Positions 1-11,004 of a stretch of 64,000 bases of DNA are shown in pieces; the stretch's first letter is position 1, and the number at the start of each line of letters is the position of its first letter. Origin of the DNA: a virus. The notes under the pieces are model-generated. The model was not told where the DNA came from and made no database searches. It worked only from the letters and a program-made list of their open reading frames with translations. Both the position numbers and the translations under genes were made by a program. Where the stretch lies: positions 46,901 through 110,900 of the IMG/VR virus record IMGVR_UViG_3300046779_001442. One strand, 5' to 3'.

Positions 1-2
1 TA

Positions 3-2051
3 AAGGCATACAACATTCTCAGAGATGCAGGATATGATTCTGCCACTGCTTTGTCACTTGTAAATGATGAAACTCTAAGGTCTGAAATTTTAGCTGCAGG
101 TGCAGCAGATAAATTGGGCGAGTTTGGGGTAAAGCTTAAAGAGTATGCTGGCCTAGTGGCACAATGGAATAAGATCAGCAGCTCTGGCGGTGGCGGAAGT
201 GGCAAAAAGACACCTCTTCAGGAAGCACTAGAGTCACTAAAGGAACAAAGAGGTAATATTCTAAATGCAGCAACAGCATATAGTAAACTAAGAAAGGCAA
301 ATATTGATGTTTCAACTTCTTGGAAGTACGCAAATGATGCAACTGTCGCAGCTGGTCTAGCCTCAGCAAAAACAGCTAAGCAAGTTAAACAAATTGTTGC
401 TGCCATTAAGGAGCTAGAAAAGGCAACAGCCAAGAATGCATGGGGCAACTTCTCAAAGCAAACAGCTGATGCCAAGATTGCATTGCAGAATCAATCCAAG
501 ATGGCAACAATTCTTGGTAACGTTGGTGCGTCTGCTGAAGAAATTGACGCATTGATAAATGATGAAGGTCTTGCAGCAGGCTTTAAGGCTGGAACAGTAA
601 CAGCAGCACAGCTAGAAGAAGCTCTCAAGAGAATTCGTGCAAATTCTGACATTGAGCTGAAAATTAAGATGACCACTCCAGAAGGAATGCAGTCAATATT
701 TGACGAGGCTTACGGCAAGGTACAAGAAGCTTTCTCTGCAAAAGAAACACAAATTGAGCTTGACTTTAAGCTTGGAACTAATCTTAGCGGACAAAACAAA
801 GATTTGGTCAACACTAAAGCTATTGATGAAACTATCAAGAATGCTGAAGAACAGATTGATGGTCTTAACTATAAAATTGATGATTACGAGGCTGGCGTTC
901 AAGAAATTGCTTGGCAAGAAGATGAAGTTAACAAGAAGTATGATGCTAGAGGTAAGGCTCTAGATAAGATTCAAAAGGTTAATGAGAATATTGCTAGACA
1001 AAATAAGGCTCAGTTAACTATTGCGGATGCTCTTAGCCAGGGAGATATCGCTGCTGCTGCACGTGCAATAGAAGATGCAAGAGCAGAAGATGCAGCTGCA
1101 GCAATTGATGCACAAAAGCAGGCACTTGATACAGCAAAAGAGCAGGAGCTTGCTTCCCTTACAGACTCTCAGGGCAGAACACGTGCTCAGCTTGAGGCAT
1201 CAATTCTTGACCTTAAAAAGCAAATTTTTACAATTGAAGAGCAAACACTTGAGCCAGCTCAAAAGGCAAAATCCGAAGCAGAGGCAATTAAGCAAGCTGC
1301 TATCGATAGCATAACTGTTCTTGGCAAGAACAAGGATGAGTGGGAGGCAATTAAAAATAAAGCTGATATTGCTCGTGTTAATTCAGATAAATATGCTAAG
1401 GCTATACAAGGTGCCCTTGATATTGTCAATGATCTTGTTAAAAAATGGGGTGGCCTAGATGGCAAGGTTGTAACAACCACACATGTTATCAACACAATAA
1501 CAAATGGTTCGAGTACTGGATCTACAGGAAGTTCTACCACAACTACAAAACCTATTACAACTACAAAGCCTACCACATCTACAATTACTCCTGCACAAGG
1601 ACAAGCACTTGTAGCAAGACTTACGGGCGGTGCTCCAGTTTCATCATTCAGTGCTGCTGAAAGAGCATATCTTAACCTTAACTCTGGTGGTTCAGTGCCA
1701 GGAATAGGTGACTATGACAAGGTTCCTTCAATGCTAACACCTGGAGAATTTGTTATGAACAGATCAGCCGTTGGTAAGTATGGCGTTGGCATGATGAGGG
1801 CCATTAACGCTGGAAGTTTTGTACCTTCTATGTCAGCACCAACAGTCTCTATGCCAGCTACAGATGGTGGCAACGCCCCAGAAGTATCAAATTCTGGAGT
1901 ATCTGCTACAAATAACAACTCAGCAGTGTATAATTATAATCTAAGCGTTAATGTGTCTTCATCTAATGCAGGTGCACAAGAAATTGCAAATGCAGTAATG
2001 GGAAGAATTAAAGCTGTCAATTCACAGCGAGTAAGAGGAGTTAGAATTTAA
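3..2051 (+). CDS. Tape measure protein, C-terminal part (5' truncated by window)
   Basis: Frame open from window start; long Ala/Lys/Gln-rich helical sequence; C-terminal GGxVPG...VPSMLTPGEFVM motif typical of tape measure proteins; followed by tail genes. Confidence 0.85.
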   Translation, partial: KAYNILRDAGYDSATALSLVNDETLRSEILAAGAADKLGEFGVKLKEYAGLVAQWNKISSSGGGGSGKKTPLQEALESLKEQRGNILNAATAYSKLRKANIDVSTSWKYANDATVAAGLASAKTAKQVKQIVAAIKELEKATAKNAWGNFSKQTADAKIALQNQSKMATILGNVGASAEEIDALINDEGLAAGFKAGTVTAAQLEEALKRIRANSDIELKIKMTTPEGMQSIFDEAYGKVQEAFSAKETQIELDFKLGTNLSGQNKDLVNTKAIDETIKNAEEQIDGLNYKIDDYEAGVQEIAWQEDEVNKKYDARGKALDKIQKVNENIARQNKAQLTIADALSQGDIAAAARAIEDARAEDAAAAIDAQKQALDTAKEQELASLTDSQGRTRAQLEASILDLKKQIFTIEEQTLEPAQKAKSEAEAIKQAAIDSITVLGKNKDEWEAIKNKADIARVNSDKYAKAIQGALDIVNDLVKKWGGLDGKVVTTTHVINTITNGSSTGSTGSSTTTTKPITTTKPTTSTITPAQGQALVARLTGGAPVSSFSAAERAYLNLNSGGSVPGIGDYDKVPSMLTPGEFVMNRSAVGKYGVGMMRAINAGSFVPSMSAPTVSMPATDGGNAPEVSNSGVSATNNNSAVYNYNLSVNVSSSNAGAQEIANAVMGRIKAVNSQRVRGVRI

Positions 2052-2689
2052 TGGCTACACAAACATATATGGATGGACGCAAGAAGTATTCTCGTCCACA
2101 TGCTATGATGTGGTCAAAGCAGGCCCCACTTATTATTAATGGAAAATATGTTCCATATGGTCTCGAAGTTAACGACTATGTAGAGTCACAAGTTGATGCA
2201 GTGCTACAGGATCAGTTCTTAATTTTGTCTGACGATAACAGAGAGCCACTAGCCTTTAAAACAGATAGAATTCAGACGAGAAAGCGTATGGTTAACGGAC
2301 AGATGCGTTCATACCATATTGCTGATAAATTAAATATTTCTACATCTTGGAGCATGCTGCCATCTCGTGGATTTGCTACATACCCAAATTTTGATACTGC
2401 AACTGGAGAACCAAACCAGGCACTAATTAGTTCTCAGATGATAACTACTGATGGCGGTGCAGGTGGCGTTGATATGTTGCAATGGTATGAAAATAATCAA
2501 GGTTCTTTTTGGGTTTACCTTTCATACGATAAGTACAATGAATTTGCTGAAGATCAGTTTAGATTTGAAAGACTTGGAGAATATCCGCAGGCACTTGAAA
2601 TGTATATCGCATCTTTCGACTATGACGTTGTAAAGCGTGGCGGTAGTCATGACCTGTGGAACATATCAATTTCTCTAGAAGAGGTATAA
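2051..2689 (+). CDS. Minor tail / distal tail-like protein
   Basis: Immediately after tape measure with TAATG overlap; size and position. Confidence 0.55.
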   Translation: MATQTYMDGRKKYSRPHAMMWSKQAPLIINGKYVPYGLEVNDYVESQVDAVLQDQFLILSDDNREPLAFKTDRIQTRKRMVNGQMRSYHIADKLNISTSWSMLPSRGFATYPNFDTATGEPNQALISSQMITTDGGAGGVDMLQWYENNQGSFWVYLSYDKYNEFAEDQFRFERLGEYPQALEMYIASFDYDVVKRGGSHDLWNISISLEEV

Positions 2690-5600
2690 TGTTTGGTAAT
2701 AAAACACTTCTTTCTCATCTAGAAAAATCATCCAATGTAAGTATTTCATCAGCTATATTTGCTGAGTGGAATATGAACATCCCACAAAATTTTGCAAAGA
2801 TTGGTAACTATAGATATAGACCAACATCTTCGTCAATATACCAAACTATACTGTCTTCATATGACAAATACGATACTGGCAATTTTTATACTGGTGCAAC
2901 TGATGCAGACATAACAATAGACGGTGGCATAGATGATGATGACCAGCCACTAGCATTCACTTCTCCAAAAGAACAGACAAAGCTTCTCTTCTCTCTTGAA
3001 GAATGTTTTAATAAGTTTAGACCAAGATCAGGAATTAATAAGGCAAAATATTTTGCAGACAGATATTTTCACTATAGTGATAAAGATATGGCTAAGCGTC
3101 CAAGGTACTATGTTGCCACCAAGGGAGACGCATTTAAGTACTGGACTTCAGATAGAACTGAGGATGGAATCAGGGGTGTGTCCTATCCAGTAAGAGTTGG
3201 AAACTTTACTAATTATTTTATTGATGATGCAGCACCATTTATAGTATATTCAGAAAGTGTGCCAGCAAATAGGATAGTGGTAAAAATGCAAACCCACATT
3301 GGCACAATTAATAAGGGGCCATTCCTTTCTCCTGCTGGAACTACTCTAGCTGATCCATTCTATGGACAGGAGAATAGCAAAACTCCAACAAAGTGGAGAA
3401 TACAGTATTTGGATGAGAATGATACATGGGTAGATGCTGCTGTATTTTTGCCAACAGACAAAAGAATAGATGGTACACCAATCGTTGGGCCAGACGGATA
3501 TGTCGAGGTATATTATGGTGCAATAATTCCATCAGAGTACTCATCAATTTTTAATTATAAAAGAAGCTTTGTATCTGCACAAATGATCCCATTATCTCCA
3601 GATGTTGGATCTGCCTACTTGGTTAAGTCTTCTGCTACAGATCCTGGAAGATTCTACATATACACATCATCTGGTTACCAGTCATTTGCTGCCAAATATG
3701 GATGGTCTTTATCACAGACTGAGGTACTTGATTTTAGAAATACTGTAGACGCAACAGCATCTTCAGAATATTTTGTTGACCCACTTTCTGGAAAAAAGAA
3801 TTACTCAAAATACCAACATATAAATGGTATCCGTGTTGTCGTAGATCAGATGAATACTACAAACTCTTCATTTGATTTGATTGAAATGTCGCCAAGGCTT
3901 GTTCTAGATTTTACAGGCATGGTTGAGTCATGCAACGTTACAAAAAGCATGTCTGACCTTGGAAATGCTGGTATGCCAGTAGGTCAACTTTTAGCTTCTG
4001 TTGGAAGCCTTTCAATGTTTGACTATAATGAAGTATTCAATGAAAACAACAAGACAAGCGTAATATCTAAATATCTAGATCAAATAATTAAGTTTATGAT
4101 ATATGAAAGAATAACTGATAAGTCTGGAAATCAGTATCTTGTGCCAATTAAATTTATGTACTCTGCAAATAAGCCATCGCTTTCAGCCACAACAAGAGAC
4201 CTGTCTATTGAGCTTAGAGATCTAACATTCTGGTTTGAACAATCAATGTCCCCAGAGCTTTTTATGGTTGATGTCTCAATGAGTGTAGCTATATCTACTT
4301 TGCTGGATTCAATAGGTTTTTCAAATTATAAATTCCTTCGCATGGATGGAGAGAAAGATTTAATAATTCCATATTTCTATACAAGTAGCGAACAGTCTGT
4401 TATGGAGGTATTGCAAGATATTGCAGTGTCCACACAATCAGCAATATTTCTAGATGAAGAAAATAATCTAATAGTTATGTCTAAAGATTATTTGCTACCA
4501 AGTTCATCCTTGCCTAGGGCTACAGATATGATTCTTAGTGGAGAAAAAACTAATTTAATAGATGCAAATATTGAGGATATTGCTGTACAAGAATCTAAGG
4601 TATTTAATGGTGGAACAATTAATTATCAAGAAAAGTATATTCAAAGATCATATGGGTCAATCAAACAATCATCAATGATTGATAGAAATAAGACATGGAT
4701 ATATAAGCCAGCATTGTTATGGGAAGCATCTGGCTCCCTAAACACAAAGTCTCAGAATGGACAGCTAACAAATCAGTCAGCATATTCTCTAGCTGCTATA
4801 CCATTGAACTCCACCCTTCCTGCCACTATCCCGTCAGTTGTTAATGGGTCAATTATTAATAACATTATTGATTTTGGAGAAGGCGTATATTTTACAACAA
4901 GATACAATGGATACTTCTTTGCAAATGGTGAGATTGTAAGATACGATGCAGTAGAATATAGCATGACTGGCCAAGCTGCCCCAGTTTGGATTCAAAGTAC
5001 ACAAGAATACTCAAACTATTTCCAGCAGCTCAAGTTTGGTGGGACAATGTACCCAACAGGACGTGTAAGAATATATTGCGAGCCAAAGTATGAGGTTGTA
5101 AATGGAGTAACAAGATTTAAGGATGGTGCTGTAAACAAACATGGTCGTGGTCAGTTTGGAACTCCTATAGTTGCTCACGAGGCAGGCCTGTCATCTGTGT
5201 GGACTAATTCAGATGGATCAAATCCGACTCGTGGATGCAAAATGTCGTTCTCCGAACTGCTTTCATTTGACGAGACTACAGCACAGACTAAGAGCAAGTC
5301 TTTGTCTACTGGTGCTGCAGGTGTAGCAAACTCTACAGTTGTAAGTGCAAGCAGAAGCGGAATTATCAGAAACTCATTAAGTGGTAACTATAAGACAGAT
5401 GCACAAATTAATCAGCTAAAAATAACTGAGTTTGGAACCGTTCAGTCTTCTGCATTAGTGTTTAATGGTCCAAACTTTACAACAGATGTAAAGGCTACAG
5501 ACCACATTAGCTATATCCCAAAAAATTTAAATAGAACATATTCTCATTTTGGAACTAGAATGAGAATCATTGGTAGGGCTGAGAATGGCACAAACAAGCT

Positions 5601-6948
5601 ACAAACCCCAACTGGATCTATGGGATATTACCAAGATGGTAAGGTTGGTGGAGCTTCTGGCGGATTAGCAGTTATGTTAAATTCAGCCACCAACAACGGA
5701 TACTATTTTGAAATCATGGCACTAACTGGAGACACAGTTCTTGGAGAAGAAGATGTTATTCTCAATAACGTAGTTTTTTATAAGATTAAGTCTGACTCTA
5801 GTGGCAATGCTGTTCCAGTTAGACTATGGTCTGGAATTGCAAATATAGTAGTAGATTCTGGAAATTTTGCAGGGCAGTCAAGAACAAACACACAAGAAAA
5901 TCCATCAGTATATGACCTAGCTATAGAGTACGAAGAAGTCGATAAAAGATCTGCAAGAAGATTCTACCTATACATAAATAATAAGTGTGTGGCAATTATT
6001 GATGATACAGACCCTCTACCAGCATATCAAAATATTGCACCATTCATTCGTGGCACATCAAGAGTAATGTTTGAAAACATTTATGCCCTTGCAAAGAAAT
6101 ACTCTGTAGATGCTGCTGGTAGCTTGTCAACACCAATTAATTCAGTATTTGGAGATAGTTCAGTTGATGTATCAGAGTCAATGAGAAAATATGCTTTATC
6201 TGGTGCAGTGCAAAAGACATATTTGTCAGACATTAATGGACAACAGGGACCAGGATACGACATGTATTTTGAAGAGTTCGGTACTATTATGCGTGAGGCA
6301 GCATACTTTAATATTAAGTTTGACAAGGCATATCCAGCACTAAGTGCTAAAATATCTCCAACATTCAATAAGGTTAAGGGATATACAGTTTCTGGCTTTA
6401 TGCCAAATGCATATGGTGCAGAGTTTTTAGTATTTAACCATACCGATAGTGTTATAAGTCTTGATGAGACTACTGGAAACTATCTAAGAATTCAGGGCGT
6501 AACCTTTACTCAAAACTCAGATAGAAAGCTAACTCTAGACGACTATTATAAGTATAATAGCGACTTATCAAATGTTGACCATGTTGTATCAGGAACAAAC
6601 TCACCGTTTAAGGCAGAGAAAGAATTTTTTGATATCAAGGCAAGTCGTGCAACATATGGTACGAATGAGTTTTCTCTTAATGCTAAGTATATTCAGACAG
6701 AAGATGCTGCTCGTGATCTTATGGGTTGGGTGATTTCAAAAACTATTAAGCCTAGAAAATCAGTTGGTATGAATGTGTTTGCTGGATCTGTGCTGCAATT
6801 GGGAGATATTGTTCAGATTTTTTGGACTGATGATGACGGAACAGATCAGCTGTTTGATAGAAACAAGAAGTTTGTGGTGTATAGTATTGACTATACGATT
6901 AGTCCAAATGGGCCAACTTCGACTGTATATGTTAGTGAGGTAATCTAA
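2689..6948 (+). CDS. Large minor tail / baseplate hub protein
   Basis: About 1420 aa, beta-rich; C-terminal LQLGDIV motif typical of tail hub proteins; start placed at the TAATG overlap (2689). Confidence 0.6.
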   Translation: MFGNKTLLSHLEKSSNVSISSAIFAEWNMNIPQNFAKIGNYRYRPTSSSIYQTILSSYDKYDTGNFYTGATDADITIDGGIDDDDQPLAFTSPKEQTKLLFSLEECFNKFRPRSGINKAKYFADRYFHYSDKDMAKRPRYYVATKGDAFKYWTSDRTEDGIRGVSYPVRVGNFTNYFIDDAAPFIVYSESVPANRIVVKMQTHIGTINKGPFLSPAGTTLADPFYGQENSKTPTKWRIQYLDENDTWVDAAVFLPTDKRIDGTPIVGPDGYVEVYYGAIIPSEYSSIFNYKRSFVSAQMIPLSPDVGSAYLVKSSATDPGRFYIYTSSGYQSFAAKYGWSLSQTEVLDFRNTVDATASSEYFVDPLSGKKNYSKYQHINGIRVVVDQMNTTNSSFDLIEMSPRLVLDFTGMVESCNVTKSMSDLGNAGMPVGQLLASVGSLSMFDYNEVFNENNKTSVISKYLDQIIKFMIYERITDKSGNQYLVPIKFMYSANKPSLSATTRDLSIELRDLTFWFEQSMSPELFMVDVSMSVAISTLLDSIGFSNYKFLRMDGEKDLIIPYFYTSSEQSVMEVLQDIAVSTQSAIFLDEENNLIVMSKDYLLPSSSLPRATDMILSGEKTNLIDANIEDIAVQESKVFNGGTINYQEKYIQRSYGSIKQSSMIDRNKTWIYKPALLWEASGSLNTKSQNGQLTNQSAYSLAAIPLNSTLPATIPSVVNGSIINNIIDFGEGVYFTTRYNGYFFANGEIVRYDAVEYSMTGQAAPVWIQSTQEYSNYFQQLKFGGTMYPTGRVRIYCEPKYEVVNGVTRFKDGAVNKHGRGQFGTPIVAHEAGLSSVWTNSDGSNPTRGCKMSFSELLSFDETTAQTKSKSLSTGAAGVANSTVVSASRSGIIRNSLSGNYKTDAQINQLKITEFGTVQSSALVFNGPNFTTDVKATDHISYIPKNLNRTYSHFGTRMRIIGRAENGTNKLQTPTGSMGYYQDGKVGGASGGLAVMLNSATNNGYYFEIMALTGDTVLGEEDVILNNVVFYKIKSDSSGNAVPVRLWSGIANIVVDSGNFAGQSRTNTQENPSVYDLAIEYEEVDKRSARRFYLYINNKCVAIIDDTDPLPAYQNIAPFIRGTSRVMFENIYALAKKYSVDAAGSLSTPINSVFGDSSVDVSESMRKYALSGAVQKTYLSDINGQQGPGYDMYFEEFGTIMREAAYFNIKFDKAYPALSAKISPTFNKVKGYTVSGFMPNAYGAEFLVFNHTDSVISLDETTGNYLRIQGVTFTQNSDRKLTLDDYYKYNSDLSNVDHVVSGTNSPFKAEKEFFDIKASRATYGTNEFSLNAKYIQTEDAARDLMGWVISKTIKPRKSVGMNVFAGSVLQLGDIVQIFWTDDDGTDQLFDRNKKFVVYSIDYTISPNGPTSTVYVSEVI

Positions 6949-7955
6949 TGGCAGAAAAACCAAAGGCATCACCAAAAGCTTTATTGCCAACACTTAAACC
7001 AGTTACAACTGGCGTACCAAAGTCTTTGCAAAAGCCAGCTCTGACCTTACAGCAACAGTCTGATAGATCTAGAACAGCATCACGAGCTGCATTTCAAGCT
7101 TCTCCAGCAAAGAAAGAAAGAAATAAAGCAACTCAAAGCGTAATAGCTGCAAATAAAAAAGTTGATCAACTAAAAGCTTCTGCTAATGCTCCAGGGCTAA
7201 CTGCTCAGCAAAAATCAGATAGGATGCGTACTCTTGGTAGGGCACAAAATCAACAGTCAAAAGCAAAGGCTAACCTTAACAAAATAACTGGATATAAGAA
7301 ACCAGTAAAAAAGAGTGATCCAGTCAACACCAAGCCAACAAAGCCAAAAACTACAAAACCAAAGACTACAAAACCAAAGACCACAAAACCAAAAACTACT
7401 AAACCACAAACTGGTAACAATTCTACACTGCCACAAACTACGTCCCCAGTTGATGCTACGGAAAATCCTGTAGTTTCTGCTACCCCAGAGTCTCCATCTC
7501 CAGGAGTTACTTCAGAAGCAGAAAGTGTAAAGACCTATAAGCCTGCTACTCCAGATTTGATTCAGTTACAGGAAGACGAATTTCCAGTAGAGATTATTAC
7601 AGACTTGTTGTTTGAGGATATTGGCGGTACAGAAATTTTAAATTTAGCAAGGCATGACCTTGTGAGTGGTATAGATATAAAATATCAGCAAATATCAAAT
7701 CTTTCCAAGATTGAGGCTGTGTATGGTGGAGCAAACTTGGTTGCACTACAAAACACATCTGAACAAGTGTTTAGTAAATATCCACTCAGAAGATATCAAT
7801 TTATACCAACAGTCACAGATGATCCATCTGGACTAAATAGCCATGTCTACCTTGATGCTGCTGGAGACTTGGTGATAGAGCTAATCAACATAGACAACTC
7901 ATACCAAATAGAGGTAGAGTTCCAGGCAGCAGACATTAATGATATAATATATTGA
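6948..7955 (+). CDS. Probable virion protein with basic N-terminus and PKTTK repeats
   Basis: In tail module, coupled start; low-complexity Lys/Pro/Thr region followed by acidic globular C-terminus. Confidence 0.5.
   Translation: MAEKPKASPKALLPTLKPVTTGVPKSLQKPALTLQQQSDRSRTASRAAFQASPAKKERNKATQSVIAANKKVDQLKASANAPGLTAQQKSDRMRTLGRAQNQQSKAKANLNKITGYKKPVKKSDPVNTKPTKPKTTKPKTTKPKTTKPKTTKPQTGNNSTLPQTTSPVDATENPVVSATPESPSPGVTSEAESVKTYKPATPDLIQLQEDEFPVEIITDLLFEDIGGTEILNLARHDLVSGIDIKYQQISNLSKIEAVYGGANLVALQNTSEQVFSKYPLRRYQFIPTVTDDPSGLNSHVYLDAAGDLVIELINIDNSYQIEVEFQAADINDIIY
7341..7406 (+). repeat. 15-bp tandem repeat (about 4.4 copies) encoding KPKTT
   Basis: aagccaaaaactaca aaaccaaagactaca aaaccaaagaccaca aaaccaaaaactact aaacca. 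Confidence 0.9.
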
Positions 7956-7964
7956 GGTAAAAAC

Positions 7965-9341
7965 ATGATAACTAATAAAGGTCAACAGCTAATAACCAAG
8001 TATATGATTGGTCAGGCATCTTCATATGCTTCACATGTTGCAGTTGGATGTGGACCAATGCCATACAATGCTCAGTCATCTGTTACGCAAGCAGAAATTG
8101 CTACACAAAGACTTAAGCAGAACCTAGACTTTGAGATGTTTCGTGTACCAATTACTTCTCGTGGATATGTTACAGAGGAATCTGGATCTGCATCAATCAG
8201 CGGAGTAGCGGTGGCAAACAATGTTGTGACGTATACCACATCAACAAATTCTTTCTTGACTGGAGACCGTGTAACCGTATCTGGAGTAAATCCCTCACAA
8301 TTTAATATATCAGATGCGATTATTATTGACTCATCACCAACTAGTTTTTCTATTCAAGGGTCTCCGTCTGGTACCTATGTTTCTGGAGGAATTGCAAAAA
8401 CATATTATACAGACATAGTTTTGACTGCAGAGCTGCCAACTGAAGAAAGATATGAAATTACTGAAGTTGGAATTTTTTCTGCACAGTCTAACCCAGATGC
8501 AGGTTCTTATGATAGTAGAACTATATATTCGTTTTCTCAAAATGAAAACTGGCAGTATCACGGGGTAAACATTGAGCCAATTCCAGTAGTATATACACCG
8601 CTAGATCCAAATCAGGCTAACGTCCTTGAAGGAATATACACAGTAAATGGTGAGCAAAAAGACTGCAAGGCATTGCACACAAATGCTGACAATACATTGT
8701 TTGCAAATGAGAATAGAATTCTTAGATATGAGACATGTAGATATTTAAATAATATTGTTGCTTTGCGTGGCAATTTGTCTAATTTGTCTTATGATTCTGT
8801 CACAAAAAGAGTTTCATATAACTCTGGAGATCACATACACCTAAACAATGTTAAATTAAATTTTGACAGAAACTCTCCTTCAGACGAGATCAAGCTTGCA
8901 TTTTCTGTTATTAATAAAAGAGGAAGTATTTCAGAAAACCCATCTGAAGTAAATCTTATTATAGAATTTTCAAATGCAGACTCTAACGCTACACAATCTG
9001 CAAAGCTAGAAGTACATCTAAATTCATCAGATTACAATTTTTCTAACAATAGATATTTTGTAGTTTCTAAAAAAATTAGTGAGTTGATCACATCTCAGTA
9101 TTTTTCATGGGGGCAGGTAACAACTATTAAGGTGTTTGCCTCAGCAAAAGATACAGATGGTGCAGTGTCAGACCTGTTCTATATCTGTCTAGATGCACTT
9201 AGACTAGAAAATACTCAAACAATAAATCCATTATATGGAATGTCTGGATACTCTGTTGTTAAAACAACAAACGGAACTACTGTGAAAAAGCTAGAAAATA
9301 CTACAAACTACATAGAGTTTAGATTTGGTGTTGATATATAG
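7965..9341 (+). CDS. Probable tail/baseplate structural protein
   Basis: MITNKG start and ITEVGIF motif resemble tail-collar/fibre N-terminal domains; tail module. Confidence 0.5.
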   Translation: MITNKGQQLITKYMIGQASSYASHVAVGCGPMPYNAQSSVTQAEIATQRLKQNLDFEMFRVPITSRGYVTEESGSASISGVAVANNVVTYTTSTNSFLTGDRVTVSGVNPSQFNISDAIIIDSSPTSFSIQGSPSGTYVSGGIAKTYYTDIVLTAELPTEERYEITEVGIFSAQSNPDAGSYDSRTIYSFSQNENWQYHGVNIEPIPVVYTPLDPNQANVLEGIYTVNGEQKDCKALHTNADNTLFANENRILRYETCRYLNNIVALRGNLSNLSYDSVTKRVSYNSGDHIHLNNVKLNFDRNSPSDEIKLAFSVINKRGSISENPSEVNLIIEFSNADSNATQSAKLEVHLNSSDYNFSNNRYFVVSKKISELITSQYFSWGQVTTIKVFASAKDTDGAVSDLFYICLDALRLENTQTINPLYGMSGYSVVKTTNGTTVKKLENTTNYIEFRFGVDI

Positions 9342-9757
9342 TGGCAAATAAAAAGATTAGAATTGAAAAGTCGTCTTTACCACTAGTCAATTTTGAAAAT
9401 AAACACTTAGTTAGATACAAAATTGTTTTTGATAAAACAAAATCATCAGACTGGTCAAATATATATGCATTGTCTGCACCTGCCATCGTCACAGTAAATG
9501 GGGTGGTAAGATACTCCAGCGGTGTAATTGATGTTATCTGGGATAATACAAATAGACTATCATCTTATGATATATTTGTCAAGTATGATCTGTCTGAAAG
9601 CTATAAGCATCATGGAACAACTACCGCAAATAACTACTCGGTCATACCCAAAACAGGGGCATCTCAGATTTATGTCTTAATTCAGGCAGCATCTAGCAGC
9701 AAGAAAGTTTCTACCCCAAATAAGCTTTTGGTTTTTGAGGGTAATGTCAGCTGGTAA
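9341..9757 (+). CDS. Hypothetical protein (beta-rich, probable virion)
   Basis: Coupled ORF in tail module. Confidence 0.45.
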   Translation: MANKKIRIEKSSLPLVNFENKHLVRYKIVFDKTKSSDWSNIYALSAPAIVTVNGVVRYSSGVIDVIWDNTNRLSSYDIFVKYDLSESYKHHGTTTANNYSVIPKTGASQIYVLIQAASSSKKVSTPNKLLVFEGNVSW

Positions 9758-9781
9758 TGGTATAATTAATTAGGAGATATT

Positions 9782-10228
9782 ATGGCAAACATCGTTAGAA
9801 CACCAAGTGCAGGTCAGCCAATTGACGCTACCTATTTATTAGAATTGGCTAACGCCATCAACACATTGGCAAGTAACATATCAACTTCGCCAACCATGAA
9901 GCTGACAAGCATCAACACACCATCAGCAGGTGTGCAAACAGTAAAAACATCCGAAGCAGCTTTTGTTGGCGGATACGTTGAGGTATCTAGCGGTAACGTA
10001 GCAGCAGGAACTGCAGTTAAGTGGGACTACTCTTTCCCATCATACTTTAAGTATCCTCCAGTAGTTACCGCAACACCAATTAGCGTATCTGGTGCAGATG
10101 CAGGAACTGGCGTTAGCGTTATGATCAAGTCTGTTGGTCAAAATCTTGTAAGTGGAACTGTGACTTTTGCTAGTACTGGAAATCTAACTGTTGGCTTAAA
10201 CTTAATCATTGTTGGCATTCCTAACTAG
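9782..10228 (+). CDS. Probable tail fibre-like protein
   Basis: AGGAG RBS; C-terminal F..PPVVTAT...IIVG pattern of fibre-tip beta-sandwiches. Confidence 0.45.
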   Translation: MANIVRTPSAGQPIDATYLLELANAINTLASNISTSPTMKLTSINTPSAGVQTVKTSEAAFVGGYVEVSSGNVAAGTAVKWDYSFPSYFKYPPVVTATPISVSGADAGTGVSVMIKSVGQNLVSGTVTFASTGNLTVGLNLIIVGIPN

Positions 10229-10234
10229 GATATT

Positions 10235-10786
10235 ATGGAAAAGAAGCAACATCGCCTTGGGGCAATGTCTATTGAGGACTACAATAATGCCCCGATTATA
10301 CCTGGAAGTAAAAAGGTTTATTTTTTGAATGGTGACCTTGTTAGGGTACATCATCTAAATAAGTCTAATGGTATTATGTCTGTTTATAATATTACACAGG
10401 ACAGAATAGAAAGTTGTCTTATTAGTGATTTTAAGAAAAATAGGGAAAGAGCGTTCACTGTTGGCGAGACTGCTAGTTTAGTTAATCGTCATAAAAAGTA
10501 TATGCCGTCTTTGGTAAGGAGAGGCATTGTTCCTCCTGCTACTGGCTCCCAGAAGGGCGGAGATACTGGGTGGCAGGTAAGGTCTTACTACTCAGAGTCG
10601 CAAGTTTTTGAACTTCGTGATATACTAGCTTCATACCACATTGGTGGTCCACGAAAAGATAAGTTAATAACGAACAATATTACTCCAACACGCCAAGAGT
10701 TGACAAGGCGTATGGGAGATGGTATACTTACATATACCAAAACAGAAGATGGCAGATTCATTCCAGTGTGGTCTGAATCTATATAG
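10235..10786 (+). CDS. MerR-like helix-turn-helix DNA-binding protein
   Basis: FTVGETASLVNR...LVRRGIVPP...RSYYSESQV resembles MerR-type HTH and wing. Confidence 0.55.
   Translation: MEKKQHRLGAMSIEDYNNAPIIPGSKKVYFLNGDLVRVHHLNKSNGIMSVYNITQDRIESCLISDFKKNRERAFTVGETASLVNRHKKYMPSLVRRGIVPPATGSQKGGDTGWQVRSYYSESQVFELRDILASYHIGGPRKDKLITNNITPTRQELTRRMGDGILTYTKTEDGRFIPVWSESI
10700..10728 (+). promoter_or_regulatory. SigA/sigma70-type promoter inside 3' end of upstream CDS
   Basis: TTGACA-17nt-TATACT with TG extension; would drive replication genes. Confidence 0.7.
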
Positions 10787-10800
10787 TAAGGAAAACGGGT

Positions 10801-11004
10801 ATGGAAAACGAAAACACTAAAGTTGGTGTAACTCTTGGTTACACTCTAAATCTAGGCAACTTCCAGTCACTAAGGATTGACCTAAACGTAATTGATAATA
10901 AGCGTGAGAGCGAAAGCATCAATGAGGCATTTGATCGTGTCTACTCTTTTGTAGAGACCAAGCTTGCCGAAAAGATTACAGAAGCTAAGTCAGAAGTAGA
11001 ATAA
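10801..11004 (+). CDS. Hypothetical phage protein
   Basis: RBS, coupled to next gene. Confidence 0.7.
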   Translation: MENENTKVGVTLGYTLNLGNFQSLRIDLNVIDNKRESESINEAFDRVYSFVETKLAEKITEAKSEVE

